From Octopus vulgaris (lineage: Eukaryota): a stretch of 64,000 bases of DNA. A program made the translations under genes and the position numbers. Where the stretch lies: positions 100,440,001 to 100,504,000 of the forward strand of contig OX597815.1 of the NCBI GenBank assembly GCA_951406725.2. Direction: 5' to 3'. Under the pieces are notes generated by a model. That model was given only the letters and a program-made list of their open reading frames with translations, searched no databases and was not told the DNA's origin. This document shows, one piece after another, positions 52,083 through 64,000 of this stretch (positions are counted from its first letter, which is position 1; every line of letters starts with the position of its first letter).

Positions 52083-54955
52083 GTATATTTTGAGTCCTCA
52101 CTTAGAATCCTTTAATTAACCTGTCCAAGTTCCTCAGTTATTTTTTTTAATTCTTGTTTTGCTTTCCTTTTTTTGTTTCGTGACAGGGACCATATTTTGC
52201 AAGACCTCAGAAGCCAGTTGGAGGGAATGGGAAGGAGAAATCATGATTCATTGATTGCTGCAGTAGAAAGCAGCAACACTTGAAGATGTCTAGTTATCCT
52301 CAGAATGAACAAATCCAGTAAAGGCATCCAAGAGCTAGTGCTGGTATTAAACAGAGCAATGGATTAAGTCTAGCACCAAAGAACTGGTACAGTTCATTCA
52401 ATAGGCTTCTGCATAATTTCTATTTATCCAGTTTCACTCACAAGATTTGAGTGGACACAAGACATTTGCCCAAAGTGTCATATAGTGGAATCAAACTGAG
52501 AACCATGTAATTGTGAAGCAAGCTTCTTAACTCCACAGCCCTATCTTTACCTATAGATTTAGCTGACTTCATTTCCCATTCTAACATACTAGGAAGAATA
52601 GTGGAGAGAGAAAAGGTTACTCTTTTAGGCAAAAATATCACTTTTAGATTCCTATTTATCTATTTTAATTAAATGTGTAAATATCCAAAATGAGGTATTT
52701 TCAATAAGTCTGATTTTTCAAACTAACCTCATCTTTAGATCAGGCCTTTTGGAAAGAACATTATTTACCCATACTTTAAAAAATAATGGTTTCTAGCTGG
52801 AATACTCTCATATACTCTGTACATAATCAGTAGTAAAACAGCTAATGATGATTGGGATTTACATTTAATACTGAAAAATCTTTATTATTTCACAAACATT
52901 TCATGTTGGCATGAACAGATTGTGTCTCTCAGCATCTTACTACTTGTCACATAGCTTTTGTCATCTGGCACACAGTAACAGTTTCACACAACTATCTTTG
53001 TTGTACATGTCACTTTTTTGGGAATAGTTATGGTTAGATCATCATTGTCCTTTTAATGTCCACTTTTCCATGCTTGTGCAAGTGATGTACTTTCAATTAC
53101 CAACAACCATTTTACAATGCAGACTTTATGCAGTTTATTATACTAGTGAAACTGAAGAGTATGTCTGCTGTACAGCTAAAGATTCCTCTCTGGTATGAAT
53201 CAGTATTTTTATTTAGAATTACTTTTCTTTTAGATGGGTTACTTGCATTGGGTCTTCTGGAATCCATGCCTGCTTGTCTTCCAAATTCATTCTTTCCTTT
53301 AATGGCATGATTTTTACTCTTGATGACCTTCCTAACACTAACCGCTTTACATTTTATTACACCACCAGAACTAGAAAGGTTATAAACCTAGAAAAATAGT
53401 TTCTGTAATCTCACTTCATCTCTAGGATTTTGGTTGGGGTTTATTCTCATGGCTTTTGCAACTGTATAACTTTTGTTTCCATATAAAATCAGAAATGATC
53501 AACTGAAAAGGCTAGTTTGTCAAATGTAATCATTCTTGAGATGGTTAATTTAATCTGTAATCCTTCTGGGATTCATCTCATTTGAAAGACTTCCAAAATA
53601 TCTAAATCACTCCAGATTTGTCCATGGTTTTGTACCATGCAGCAATACAGAAAATATAAATTTTGGTTTTATGGTCTGTATTTCCAAAGAGCTTGCATGT
53701 TCTGCAGAATTATAGATATCTGAATTAGTTCCACAAAATACTGTCAAATTCTGGCCCCATATATATAGACCAGGCAACCATGAACAATAAAAATTGAAGG
53801 AAAATATAACACCAGTCAGTAAAAGTAACATACTCCCACAAAATAGGGACATTCATTTAGATTTGTCAAAGGAGCTGTTCAATGAAACCATCTTCAGTTC
53901 TGATGCAAAACAAGATTAGGTGGTTCTCATCCACAACACCCACAGCAGTAGTCATCATCTAACCCCCAACAACACTTCTGATGCAGCAGTAGCAATCAGG
54001 GATTCAAATCCAATGAGTTAGCTGACCATGTGATGTTGGAGTCACATGATCAGGTAGTTCTCCTGATTCTTAATGAATGTGAGGCTGTTGTTTCCTTATC
54101 ATGTAGGACAAATACCTGATGTCTTTATGTACCAAAAATCTGATATTGGGCATTGCCACCTTGGTAATGGCTTTCATTAACCTGCTGGGATTGTCCTTGA
54201 TGATGTCTTGGACTTGTTGGATGAGATCAGCCATCCTGACAACTGAGAGTGTATCTTTCTCTTGACACAGTTAATACATCATTGCCAGAGACCCCTGGTT
54301 CTTTCCCAATCTCAAATTCAAAGGACTCAGCTACAAGCTAATATCTTATTCTCTGTGGTTGGTAGCTAGAATATGAGCACAATATGTCAGATTGAAATCT
54401 AGCATGTTGAAGCTGTCAGTACATCTGGAAAAAAAAACAGAAAATAAATTAAAATTTGGTACATTTATGGCTTGTGTTTATAAATACCTGTTGCAGCCTG
54501 TATTGCTCATTGACTAATATTATTTTTCCCTCTCTTCATAATTATGTCCAATTTGCTTTTTAATTTCATTAAATATATTAGAACTAACTTAATCATTACT
54601 TTTCATGCAAACAGAATCTCTGAGTTATTTATTCTCTAAAAAATATTACTAATACTTTTGTATGCCAACTAGTGTACAATATTGTATAAGTGCTTGTTTT
54701 CCTTTCATCACTATTTTGACATGTACAGGGAAATCTATACTTCACTGAGGTTGTCTAATGGGATTGAAATATATCTGGGTTTATTGTCTGTACTCACTGG
54801 AATAATTAAAATAATATTAGTCCTTAACTGATATTGTTTAATATTTATAAGTAGCTTCTTATTGCTAACTGTATATATTTAATACAGTTAAGACTAACTT
54901 AACTATTTTGATTATACATGGTAAATATGTAGATTTATTTCTTTACTTGGTACAG

Positions 54956-55103
54956 GACAATGATATCTGGGCAAAGTTGACACGTACTTTAGAAATTGCT
55001 ACTGGATTTGGTATGACACTCCAAGGTGTACGTACATGTGGTGACTATATGTTCAGTGGCCATACAGTTTGCATCACAATGTTAAATTTTTTCATCTCTG
55101 AAT
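54956..55103 (+). CDS. SAMD8: SMSr coding exon DNDIWAKL...[10 protein letters not shown]...FFISE (catalytic D3 motif)
   Basis: Acceptor tacag|GAC, phase 0. [10 protein letters not shown] motif with the catalytic His. Donor GAAT|GTAAGT at 55103/55104, phase 1. Confidence 0.95.
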
Positions 55104-55939
55104 GTAAGTACTCTACAAATTCTCATTTCATCACTTATATTGTCATTCCTCCAGCCCAAGTCAACTACAATCCAGCATTCCTATAATTGGATGTTTTAGA
55201 TCTGGGCACAGTAGGATGTGATTTAAGAGTGGTTTGGATGCTTGTTCAAACGATATTTGATTATATATCCTTTAAATTAAAAATGGATCTCAGGATTTTG
55301 AACTCTGTGGAGTGGTTGGCATTAGAAAGGGCATCCACCCATAGAAACCACGCCAATCAAACCATCCAACCTATGCCAGCATGGAAAATGGATGTTAAAT
55401 GAGATGATGATGATGTTGGTATGTTCAGTTGTTTAATGAACTAAACTACCAAACTCACTGAATTAGCATATAAATGGTCAAGTATTCCACAGGCATGTGT
55501 ACCTCAAATGTAATTCTCAGGTAGAATCAATGTGACGAGACCTGTACCATTTGTCTGACAGGTTTCTATCCAGTTTTTGTCTACTCAATTTTACTCACAA
55601 GATATGGGTTGACCTGAGGCTGTAGTACAGGACACCTGCCCAAGATGCTATGCTGTGGTATTAAAACTGAGACCTCCTGAACCATTCAACCATACTATAC
55701 TTATGAAGCTTATAAAATGTAAAACCCTACTTTGTCATACAGTGCTTAAGTTACTCAACTTGTGATTGCATACTCAAAAGTTCAAACCTTACTGCAGCTA
55801 TTGTATAGCACCTCTTCTGCTTGCCATAATCTGTCTAGCCAATGATAGGAACCTCTTCTAATTGACACTTGAATAAAAAATTATTTAGAAAATATTTTTA
55901 ATTCAAAGCTATAGCTTGAAAATGTGGAATTAAAAGAGT

Positions 55940-57028
55940 ACCTCCACTACAGCAAGACACCTGTTTCTACTTCTATGTCACACTTTTACCTTTCTTCATC
56001 TGATACAAGATCACCTCCTCCAATGACCACTCCCCTTTCAAATGATCTTTGTCTTGCAAGTTACTTGGTGACCCTCCCAGTGCTGGTGCCATGTAAAAAG
56101 TATTCAGTCCACACTGTAAAGTGGTTGGCATTTAGAGGGGCATCCAGCTGTAAAAACCATTCCAAAACTGACCTCACCTGTGCTTGTACCACATAAAAAT
56201 CACTCAGCCCACTCTGCAGGGTGGTTAATGTTAGGAAGGGCATCCAACCATAAGATCCATGCCAAAACAGACACAGAAGTGTAGTGCAGTCTTCAACCTG
56301 ACCGGTTCCTGTCAAACCATCCAATCCATGCCATCATGGAAGGTAGACATTAAATGATGATGGTAATGACATGGTAAGAGGGACTTTAAATTCTGTTATT
56401 TATTTTCCCTAATTCAGCATAATTTGTTAATGTCTTACACCAGTGATCTCCAAATGGTACATTGCAACATAGTACTGTGTCACCAGATGTGGTTAGGTAC
56501 TCCATACCAAATAAAATTATATTCAAAGGATATAAAAAAATACATGCTTGAGAAGATCCATCAAGCCAAGTGAAATCATTGCTTGAGGAGACCTGTCAAG
56601 TCAAGTGAAATCATAGTCATAGCTGATGCTGGTGTCACATAACTGGCACCCATATCGGTGGCACATAAAAAGCACCTTTCAAGCATTGGAGCTCATAGAG
56701 GCAAAGTGGCTGATGCTGGTAGCACATGAAAAGCTCCTTTCAAGTGTTGGGCTTTATGGAGGCAATGATGAATGACCAAGACCTTTGGCATTATGTTGTG
56801 CTTGAGAAGAAGACCTATCAAGCCAAGTAAATTCGCAGTTGTGGCAGACACTGGTGGCATGTAAAAGCACCCATTACACTCTGAGTGGTTGGCATTAGGA
56901 AGGGCGTTCAGCTGTAGAAACCATGCCAAATCAGACTGGAGTCTGGTACAGTGACTCAGCTTGCCAGCCCTGATCAAACAGTCCAACCCATACCAGCATT
57001 GACGACAAACATTAAATGATGATGATGA
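55940..57028 (+). mobile_element. Cluster of RTE-family 3'UTR fragments in the last SMSr intron (similar tails at ~28650-28930 -, 30800-31010 +, 36390-36800 -, 38085-38240 +, 47880-48030 -, 51050-51280 +, 55300-55415 +, 59695-59875 -)
   Basis: Recurrent GTAAAAAGCACCC..GTGGTTGGCATTAGGAAGGGCATCCAGCTGTAGAAA..CCAACCCATGCCAGCATGGA..TTAAATGATGATG, also present in the 39171 element. Confidence 0.8.
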
Positions 57029-57257
57029 GATAATAAAAAAAGTATACTAGCAAACATACACATCACACCACTCAGTCTCTCCCTCTCTATATTTCCCTGT
57101 TAGATAGTGAGGTGGAAAAGGACAGAAAGTGTATCGTGTCTACAGACTGTCAAAATATATATTTACTTGCCTCATCCTTGTTGAAAACCTGTTCAGAAGA
57201 CTGTTTCCCACACCACTTTCATGTGATAATAATATTGTTGTTCTTTGTTTATTACAG

Positions 57258-57574
57258 ATACATCCCGGCAGCGGTTTTACTACATCCATACTATCACCTG
57301 GGTCTTGAATCTTTTCGGCATCTTTTTCATCCTTGCAGCCCATGAACACTATTCAATTGATGTCTTTATTGCTTTTTACATCACTACCCGTCTCTTTCTC
57401 TACTATCACACATTAGCCAACAACCGTGCTTTAATGCAAAGAGACTCCAAAAGAACGAAAATTTGGTTTCCACTCTTCTCATTTTTTGAATCCAAATGTG
57501 ATGGTATTGTACCAAATGAATATGAATGGCCTCTGAGTTGGCCAAAATTTCTCAGGGAAAATTTTAAAAAATAG
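57258..57574 (+). CDS. SAMD8: SMSr last coding exon (D4 motif AHEHYSIDV, ends ...[11 protein letters not shown])
   Basis: Acceptor ttacag|AT completes T+AT (Tyr). [41 protein letters not shown] matches SAMD8. Spliced CDS from 46882 is 620+118+148+317 = 1203 nt = 400 aa plus stop. Confidence 0.96.
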
Positions 57575-57710
57575 TATATATACAAAAATGCTTTAAAAAT
57601 TTTTTTAATTAAATTTTATTTAACATTTTCATTTGATTTGAATTTCTCTTTTATTTTTATTGTTTTTGATATGTTTTTTAAATTTTCATTCAGTTAAAAA
57701 TTATTTTTCA

Positions 57711-57716
57711 AATAAA
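57711..57716 (+). terminator. Candidate proximal polyadenylation signal of SMSr
   Basis: AATAAA ~140 nt after the stop in U-rich 3'UTR-like sequence. AT richness makes chance hits likely. Confidence 0.35.
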
Positions 57717-60700
57717 AAAAATTTTTGAAATGATTTGAACTGGTACAGAGAAAAGAGTTAAAGAGTAATAATTCAATAGTTTTGGTTAATTAATTCCAGC
57801 AATACAAAACCCCTGTGAAATAATCCCCTTTCATAAATCACCAAGATAAATTATTATAGCATATATCTTTAAGTTTAAAAGAAACTGGCTTATCAAGTTA
57901 GTGTTGACCTCTGACTTATGGAGCTAGTGTGCAGTGGATGGGTAGAATGCTAATTGTTGCTTAACCCTGGTCAGCCCTAATGGAGTAAACCTGTGATCTT
58001 CAGAACCTGAACTAACTCTTTTTGGTGTTTACTTATAACTTATTTCACTTTTATAATTGATGTATTATTGTCACTGAATCTCTGAATTTTTACAACTGAA
58101 TTTTTACACTGAATTTTTACAACCAATATAAAATCTAAAACAGTGTATCAAATTCAGAAACCTACACAAGCATATACATATATAACTATTTCTTTACTAC
58201 CCACAAGGGGCTAAACACAGGGAGGACAAACAAGGACAGACAAACGGATTAAGTCGATTACATCGACCCCAGTGCATAACTGGTACTTAATTTATCGACC
58301 CCGAAAGGATGAAAGGCAAAGTTGACCTCGGCGGAATTTGAACTCAGCGTGCTAACGTCTCTGCCAACTTGCCGCCTTCAAAGCATACATATATAGCATT
58401 ATCATCATCATTTACAGCCAGCTCCTTTGCTGGTATGAGTGATTTCTTGTTCAAAATTTTACCTTTCTTCATCTGATACAAGATCACCTCCTCCAATGAC
58501 CACTCCCCTTTCAAATGATCTTTGTTCAAAATTCCTGCCCAGCTAGACAAGTAAGAAAACCATTTTCTCACTCCTACATTCCATTATGATTTCTATGACT
58601 GGATGTTAACAGAAGTTTACAAACCACTTTACAGAGTATAATAAGAGAGTTTTATTGTGGAACCAACACTTGAGAGGCTGTCTTGTCTTCAACTAGTCTG
58701 AAGGGCATCCTTTCTTGTCTCTTTTTATGCATCAACCACTGTTTTTTGCTTTTTCCCTTGCAAGGTATATTTGATGTCTAGCTTCTCTTTCAGGTATGTT
58801 CTATTGTTCTCTGCTACCCACTTTCTTCCAGTCCTTTGAAGCCTTTTTGTTGTTATAGGTTAGAGAAGGCTGAAAAACAGTCAGCATTGGTGAGATTTGA
58901 TAAATACTGCAGGCATTTTGTCTGATACCGTAACAGTATCAGAACAAAAATGCCAGCAGTGTTTCTCAAGGTAAAGGTAAGTTATGACAATATTATGGTG
59001 GTTATGGGTAACTAGAGAATTGGTTGTAAGTAACAAGTGATTAAACTTGCAATAAAATTCTAATTAAAACTTTTTATATATACACACACACACGCTTTGT
59101 TCATGGAGGAGCACTCTCTTGTTTTGCTTTTTTTAAATCAAAGTGAGGCATAGGACAAAATAGGTTGGAAAACACTGCTCTAATGATTCTGTTAATCAAG
59201 TGACTTTTTTTTCCGCAATGATAGGAATTCTTGGCTTTAAACTAAGGTCAAAATGTTGGCCTAATTCTCTACAATTGTAATGTGACAAGGAATGAGTCCC
59301 TACATAGTTTTTCAACCTGCTAGAAATAACACCCAAGTTTCCCTTACTGTTTTAAAGAAAGAAGGAAATATGGGATAATGTTGTCACAAATTTTCAAAAG
59401 ACAGGATAGTTTTGGCTAGAAATCCTTTTATCATAGTTTTACTAGATTAAGGCTAACCAGAATCTAAACAAGAACATTGAATAATGCAGTCCAAAATGAC
59501 CTTAAACAGAAGGAATGGTCTTGAATGGAACAGCTTTAATCATAGATCTGCCCAAACATCAACTAGACACTATCCACTAAGAGATCTTTCAAGTTCTCTA
59601 TTTTAAATAAATTTCTGTCCCCCACCCTATCCTTTCTGCAAATAATAGAATGAATACAAAGTTACTAGTGCTGATCACTTTATAAGATTCAGAACTCATC
59701 ATCATTGACTTTTAACATCTACTTTCCATGGGTTAGAAGATTTGACTGGAACTGGTAAGTCAGAGTTGCACCAGGTTCCAGTCTGATTTTGGCTTGGTTT
59801 CTACAGCTGGATGCCCTTCCTAATGCCAACCACTCTGAGAGTGAAGTGGGTGCTTTTTACATGTCACTGGCACAGATGTTATGTGTCTATAAATGCTATG
59901 TCTGTATATCATCATCAGATGCCCAACACCTACATACTCATTTTCTTTAAATATAAAATAGCACTTCATACCAAAGATAATACTGAGTCACATTTTTGGG
60001 GGGATTTTTTTTCTTTAATGTCTTCTTCATTTAACAATTCACCATCCTAATCCTACAAACCCACCCACTCCTGCAGTTTACATACGACAAGAAAAAAGTT
60101 GTCTCATGTACAGCACAATTTATTGCATGACTCCTAACATTAGAATCAACTTTAAGGGAAATAAATCTAGCAAATAACAATGATGAATTTTTCATCCTAA
60201 TATCAATTTCCCCACTGAAATGTCTCCATAGAATCCTGAAATTTTTCACCAGGTTAAGAATTATAGGTGTATGAAATCTTAATTTGTTTGGTATATTGAG
60301 AGAAAGAATGACACTGTCCATGACTTTTGCAAGAATATGTGTGACATGTATGGGGAAATGAAGGAGAAAGCAATGACATTACTGCAGTAGGAAACAGCAA
60401 ATTGAGTTTTTTATCTTCAGTTCTAAAAAAAAATATCTGGTTTAAATACATGCAACAGCATGAATGCCATAAAAATTACATAAGAACCAGTAATGTTAAA
60501 CTGGATGATGGATAAAAATATGTTGACAGTCTTTAATAGTTTCTCATCAATTCATAGATTAAGATTACTGAGATAATTGTTGCATCTGATTAAGGGTTAA
60601 GTGAAAATGTAGAGGCAGAAATATAGAGAAATTCAGGTTCACAAATGAATGTTTGTACATATTCCAAAACCTAGGTAGATAGATAAATAGTTGTTCTGTT

Positions 60701-60978
60701 TAGCCCTATATCAGTCCTGACTGGGGTGGCCTACAGTCAAAGACATTCCAGTACTGACCACCTTGTCTTTTCCCCATAAACAATGCCCTTGGGACTAAAT
60801 TATCAAATGTTACCTTCTTTTCTAAGATGAATATAATTTGAGGGAGATTTGGTTCAATGGTCAAAGTGTATTGGGCCCAGGGGCAAATTAGTGGTATCAA
60901 AGCATATTGGGCCCAGGAGTAGGTGGGTACATCAAATAATTCTTAGTGGAATGTCCTAGCCATCAATTATTTCAAATT

Positions 60979-61942
60979 TGTAAATGACCGTATGAAGTGA
61001 GGTGATGAGAATGGCTCCTTTGCACATCACACGACCGATACAATAAATATGAAAAGAATAAATACGTATATGTGCCAGAAGGAAAAGAGAGACACAACCG
61101 GATGGAATGTTTAAGAGAAGATTTTATTTATGTGTTAACGCGTGTGCGTCATATATGCATAATAATAGACAGGCCGTCATGAGAACAAAGTGTGTGTGTA
61201 CAAAGATGGATGTGTGCGATAAGTACAGAGCTTTAAAAGAGTCTATAATATGGTGTTATAAGAATATTCAGACACAAGGATGATAAATACCAGTTCATAG
61301 TCAAAGCACACAATAGTTGAAATGCTGTAGCAAGAAGTTGTGGCAGTAATGTAGAGCTTGTCAAGGTACATGTCGTACGTGAAATCATGGCTATAATGCT
61401 GCTGCCAGTCACTTGTTACAGGAGGTTGTATTTGCTGTTAACCATGGTGAAGTAAATCACGAAGTGTTGTGTTGGAACCTGTGCGAGTGTTGCTGGTTGC
61501 TGTGTACGTAGAGATGATGTTGATGTTAGGACAAATGGTGGCGACAGAGATAGGGAGTCACTGAATGCTGTTGGACGAAGTTAGTGACTGTTGTGTTGTT
61601 GCTGGAGCTGGCTGTATCTTGTGTGGTCAGTGGCTAGACCTTAAAAGGTCTGGAACCGAAAGACCTCAACTTGATGTGAAGCTAGAGTTTTATAGGGTGC
61701 AGTCGGCTCACTGGAGGTTTAGAAGAGACTATCTCACGTGACCTTATCAGAAGGCTGCGATTGGTTGGGTTGCATATTGGCACGCAATAGAGCAAGAGAC
61801 AAGTTCCACCAATACCAACCAATCAGAGTAGGGGACACAATAGGGTTCAAAAAGAGCGGCCAAAGGCTAGCTGTTATTTATTACGTCTGTATTTATGTAT
61901 ATATAACAGAGAGAGAGGAATTTTCCTCAAGGATACGCTACA
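60979..61942 (-). mobile_element. Solo LTR (964 bp) of a second LTR family
   Basis: TGTA...TACA termini with 4-bp TSD AATT (60975-60978 and 61943-61946). Minus-strand CCAAT boxes (61760-61764, 61776-61780), TATAAAA (61688-61694) and AATAAA (61123-61128). Retains CpGs unlike its flanks. Confidence 0.78.
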
Positions 61943-62434
61943 AATTAATGCAAAAGATGACATTAAAAGAGGCCTAAATTACAACATCAGCCCAATAGGG
62001 GTCATGTGGAACCTGGAGATGAATAATGGTGGCTTAGACCCATGTTTTCAACAAGTGATAATACTCAAACGACTTTAACATTCAAGTCAATGGTCCAATC
62101 TGAACCTATTTAGTGCCATTTACTTTCAAATAAAAATTTTCAATTATATTTACATTTTTTAAAAATTAAATTAAATAAAGTGTGGTGTTTATGAGATGAG
62201 AATAAATCCTTTAACATCAGGCTATTTTAGAAATAAAATACAAAAATGATATAAAATTGAACAGAAGTTTATATTATTAACATGAATTATAAAGGCCACA
62301 CCTTCAAATCAGATTCCAAACAGCCCAAATTTGAAGAAAAGCAATATTAATTTGCAAAAAGTGTTTTAATATTTGTGATTAGCATACAAATATTAATTAA
62401 TGCCTGTTGACTTAGAAATTGTCATTCCTCTATA

Positions 62435-62830
62435 TATTTCCACTTGCACAAGATGTTAAATGATGCACATCTCAATTTTACATTGTTACACTTGCACAGT
62501 GGACATGTTTGAACAGGAGCATTTTATTTCAAGATTGACATCTTTTGCTAGTGGTAGTATCATTCAAACTGGAATTAATTTCTTCTCTTTTCCTCCAGAG
62601 GCCTTCCACATGTGTCATTCACTCTCAAATTCTAATACTGGCTTGAATAACAATTCTTTTGAAATGCTCTTCATAGACATCAGTGATTGGGGTACACTCA
62701 GCACATTCCTGATTTTGTAACAAAACATTTTCATTCTCAGAAGTTCAACAATGGAATCATCCATGCAAGATTCATTAGAATACAGTTTGCAAACAAAATA
62801 TACCACAACCTCTTTCAGTTGTAATATGTG
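62435..62830 (-). pseudogene. Decayed ORF with PP.TD...H.KR...QAS and a C-terminal CXC (tesmin/TSO1-like) Cys cluster, probably transposon-derived
   Basis: Manual translation across frameshifts: FVCKLYS..VELLRMKMFCYK..V/PITDVYEEHFKRIVIQASI / W..KLIPV*MILPLAKDVNLEIKCSCS..CKC...LRC..LCK. Confidence 0.6.
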
Positions 62831-63166
62831 TGGAATGCTAGTGGCAGTTCAAATTCTTTGATAAGGTTTGGAATTTTGTCTTAAAACAGTGAAAGTAGAA
62901 CTTTTCATCAAAAAAATTTACCTGAACAGTTAGAGTGAGAATGATGTGAATCAGCACATTTCAACCAATAATAAATAATTTAAGTATCCAGTTAGATAAT
63001 TAGTGGTACTGGTTTCCATAATGTATGCCAATAATATAAATTGGTGCAAGAGTGGAGAGTCCCCTTTAGAGAGTGTTTTGTGGATATGAAGATTTTTGAA
63101 TTCTGCCAGATTTCCAGGTGAATTTTTAGCTAAATGCAAGCCACTATACTGAGCATTTATCCACAT

Positions 63167-63445
63167 GATGGCCTTTGATAGGGCCACAGCACTCTGTACT
63201 CTTGCAATCACTAAGAAAACCAGATGAAGACAATTGGTTTCTAAGAGCCATGCAAGTTATATACAAAGATAATGTCAGCAAAAAGATAACTGGCAATGAG
63301 TTCAACAAGGTATATAGTGTGCAGGTAGATGTCCATCGGAGCTTAATTTTTAGCTCCCTTTTGATAATTATTGTTCTCCAAACCATAACAGAGGAGTTAT
63401 AGACAGGCTGTTAGTGGGAACTCATGTATGCTGATGACCTAATTC
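63167..63445 (+). mobile_element. Decayed internal RTE RT fragment
   Basis: SLRKPDEDNWFLRAMQVIYKD...IIIVLQTITEEL*TGC*WELMYADDL aligns with the 39813-41492 protein. Confidence 0.8.
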
Positions 63446-64000
63446 ACAAGAATGTATGGATGTAAGGTAACAGTTGAATGCAATTAGTAGAGATCTCCAC
63501 TTGTAATGGTTATGATGTAACATGTTAGAGGTCACCAATTGTAACCAGTAGATTGTGGCATAGAGAAGAGGCTGGCTGAGAAAAGGCTGCATTTGAAGAA
63601 AAGCTGCATGTTGCATAATTGAGAGATACTGATGCAAGATAATTTATACTCATTATAGATATTATTCAACAATTACAAAGTTTATCAGAACTGCTACGAT
63701 TTAGAAATACAAATATTAGTTAATAGAGAACCTCTGGTAGGGATTTACTACTGTGTGAAAGGAGAAAGGTAATGGTATAAGGCTACCATGAGGTTTGCCA
63801 TTGCAACATGTTAGTTGTCTACTAGTGGCAGAGAGAAAGAGAGATATGTTATCTCTAAAAGTTGCAGATGGAGAGGGAATAACTATTTTAATTGTCTGAA
63901 ATCTCAGAATGGAAAAAGTTGAGCCAGTCAATGAAGACATGTTGGCTGCGTGAAAAATAACTGAAACAAACTCATAAACATTTAGCTGTAATATTTATTG

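Noticed and set aside
53590-54400. Possible decayed coding or TE sequence in an SMSr intron
   Set aside because: No motif could be recognised by manual translation.
54908-54955. N-terminal part of ORF 54908-55186 (and its tail after 55103)
   Set aside because: Intronic read-through outside the splice sites, with no SMS homology.
57563-57574. C-terminal FKK as an ER-retrieval dilysine signal
   Set aside because: The lysines are at -1/-2, not the -3/-4 or -3/-5 positions required.
58957-59177. hAT-like MITE (CAGTGTTTCTCAA...TTGGAAAACACTG); similar ends at ~6752-7019 and 56440
   Set aside because: TIRs are short or degenerate and no 8-bp TSD was found, so not listed as features.

Overview
AT-rich, repeat-dense animal genomic DNA. 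The SINE, RTE and MITE repertoire looks like that of an Octopus (coleoid cephalopod) genome; this is an inference, not verified. One host gene is clear: a + strand sphingomyelin-synthase-related gene (SMSr/SAMD8) with four phase-consistent GT-AG coding exons at 46865-47501, 51965-52082, 54956-55103 and 57258-57574 (400 aa from ATG 46882). Two candidate far-upstream first exons end at donors 4363 and 8176. The rest is mobile DNA. It includes a young non-autonomous Gypsy-type LTR element (10861-13626, tRNA-Trp PBS, 4-bp TSD), a solo LTR (60979-61942) and a 5'-truncated RTE LINE with a PHD finger in its RT ORF, plus many RTE 3' ends. It also includes CR1, Tc1 and maT(DD37D) relics, nested TTAA MITEs, three SINE families and a Penelope-like foldback carrying a minimal hammerhead ribozyme. 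The most interesting signal is the most abundant repeat of the window, a ~220-bp element present in roughly 30-40 copies or fragments by eye. Its 5' end folds by hand into an HDV-like (delta) double-pseudoknot ribozyme with compensatory changes between copies, it ends in an (AAC)n tail and it often occurs head-to-tail. It is a candidate ribozyme-headed short retroelement. All alignments and folds were done by eye, so repeat boundaries are approximate.
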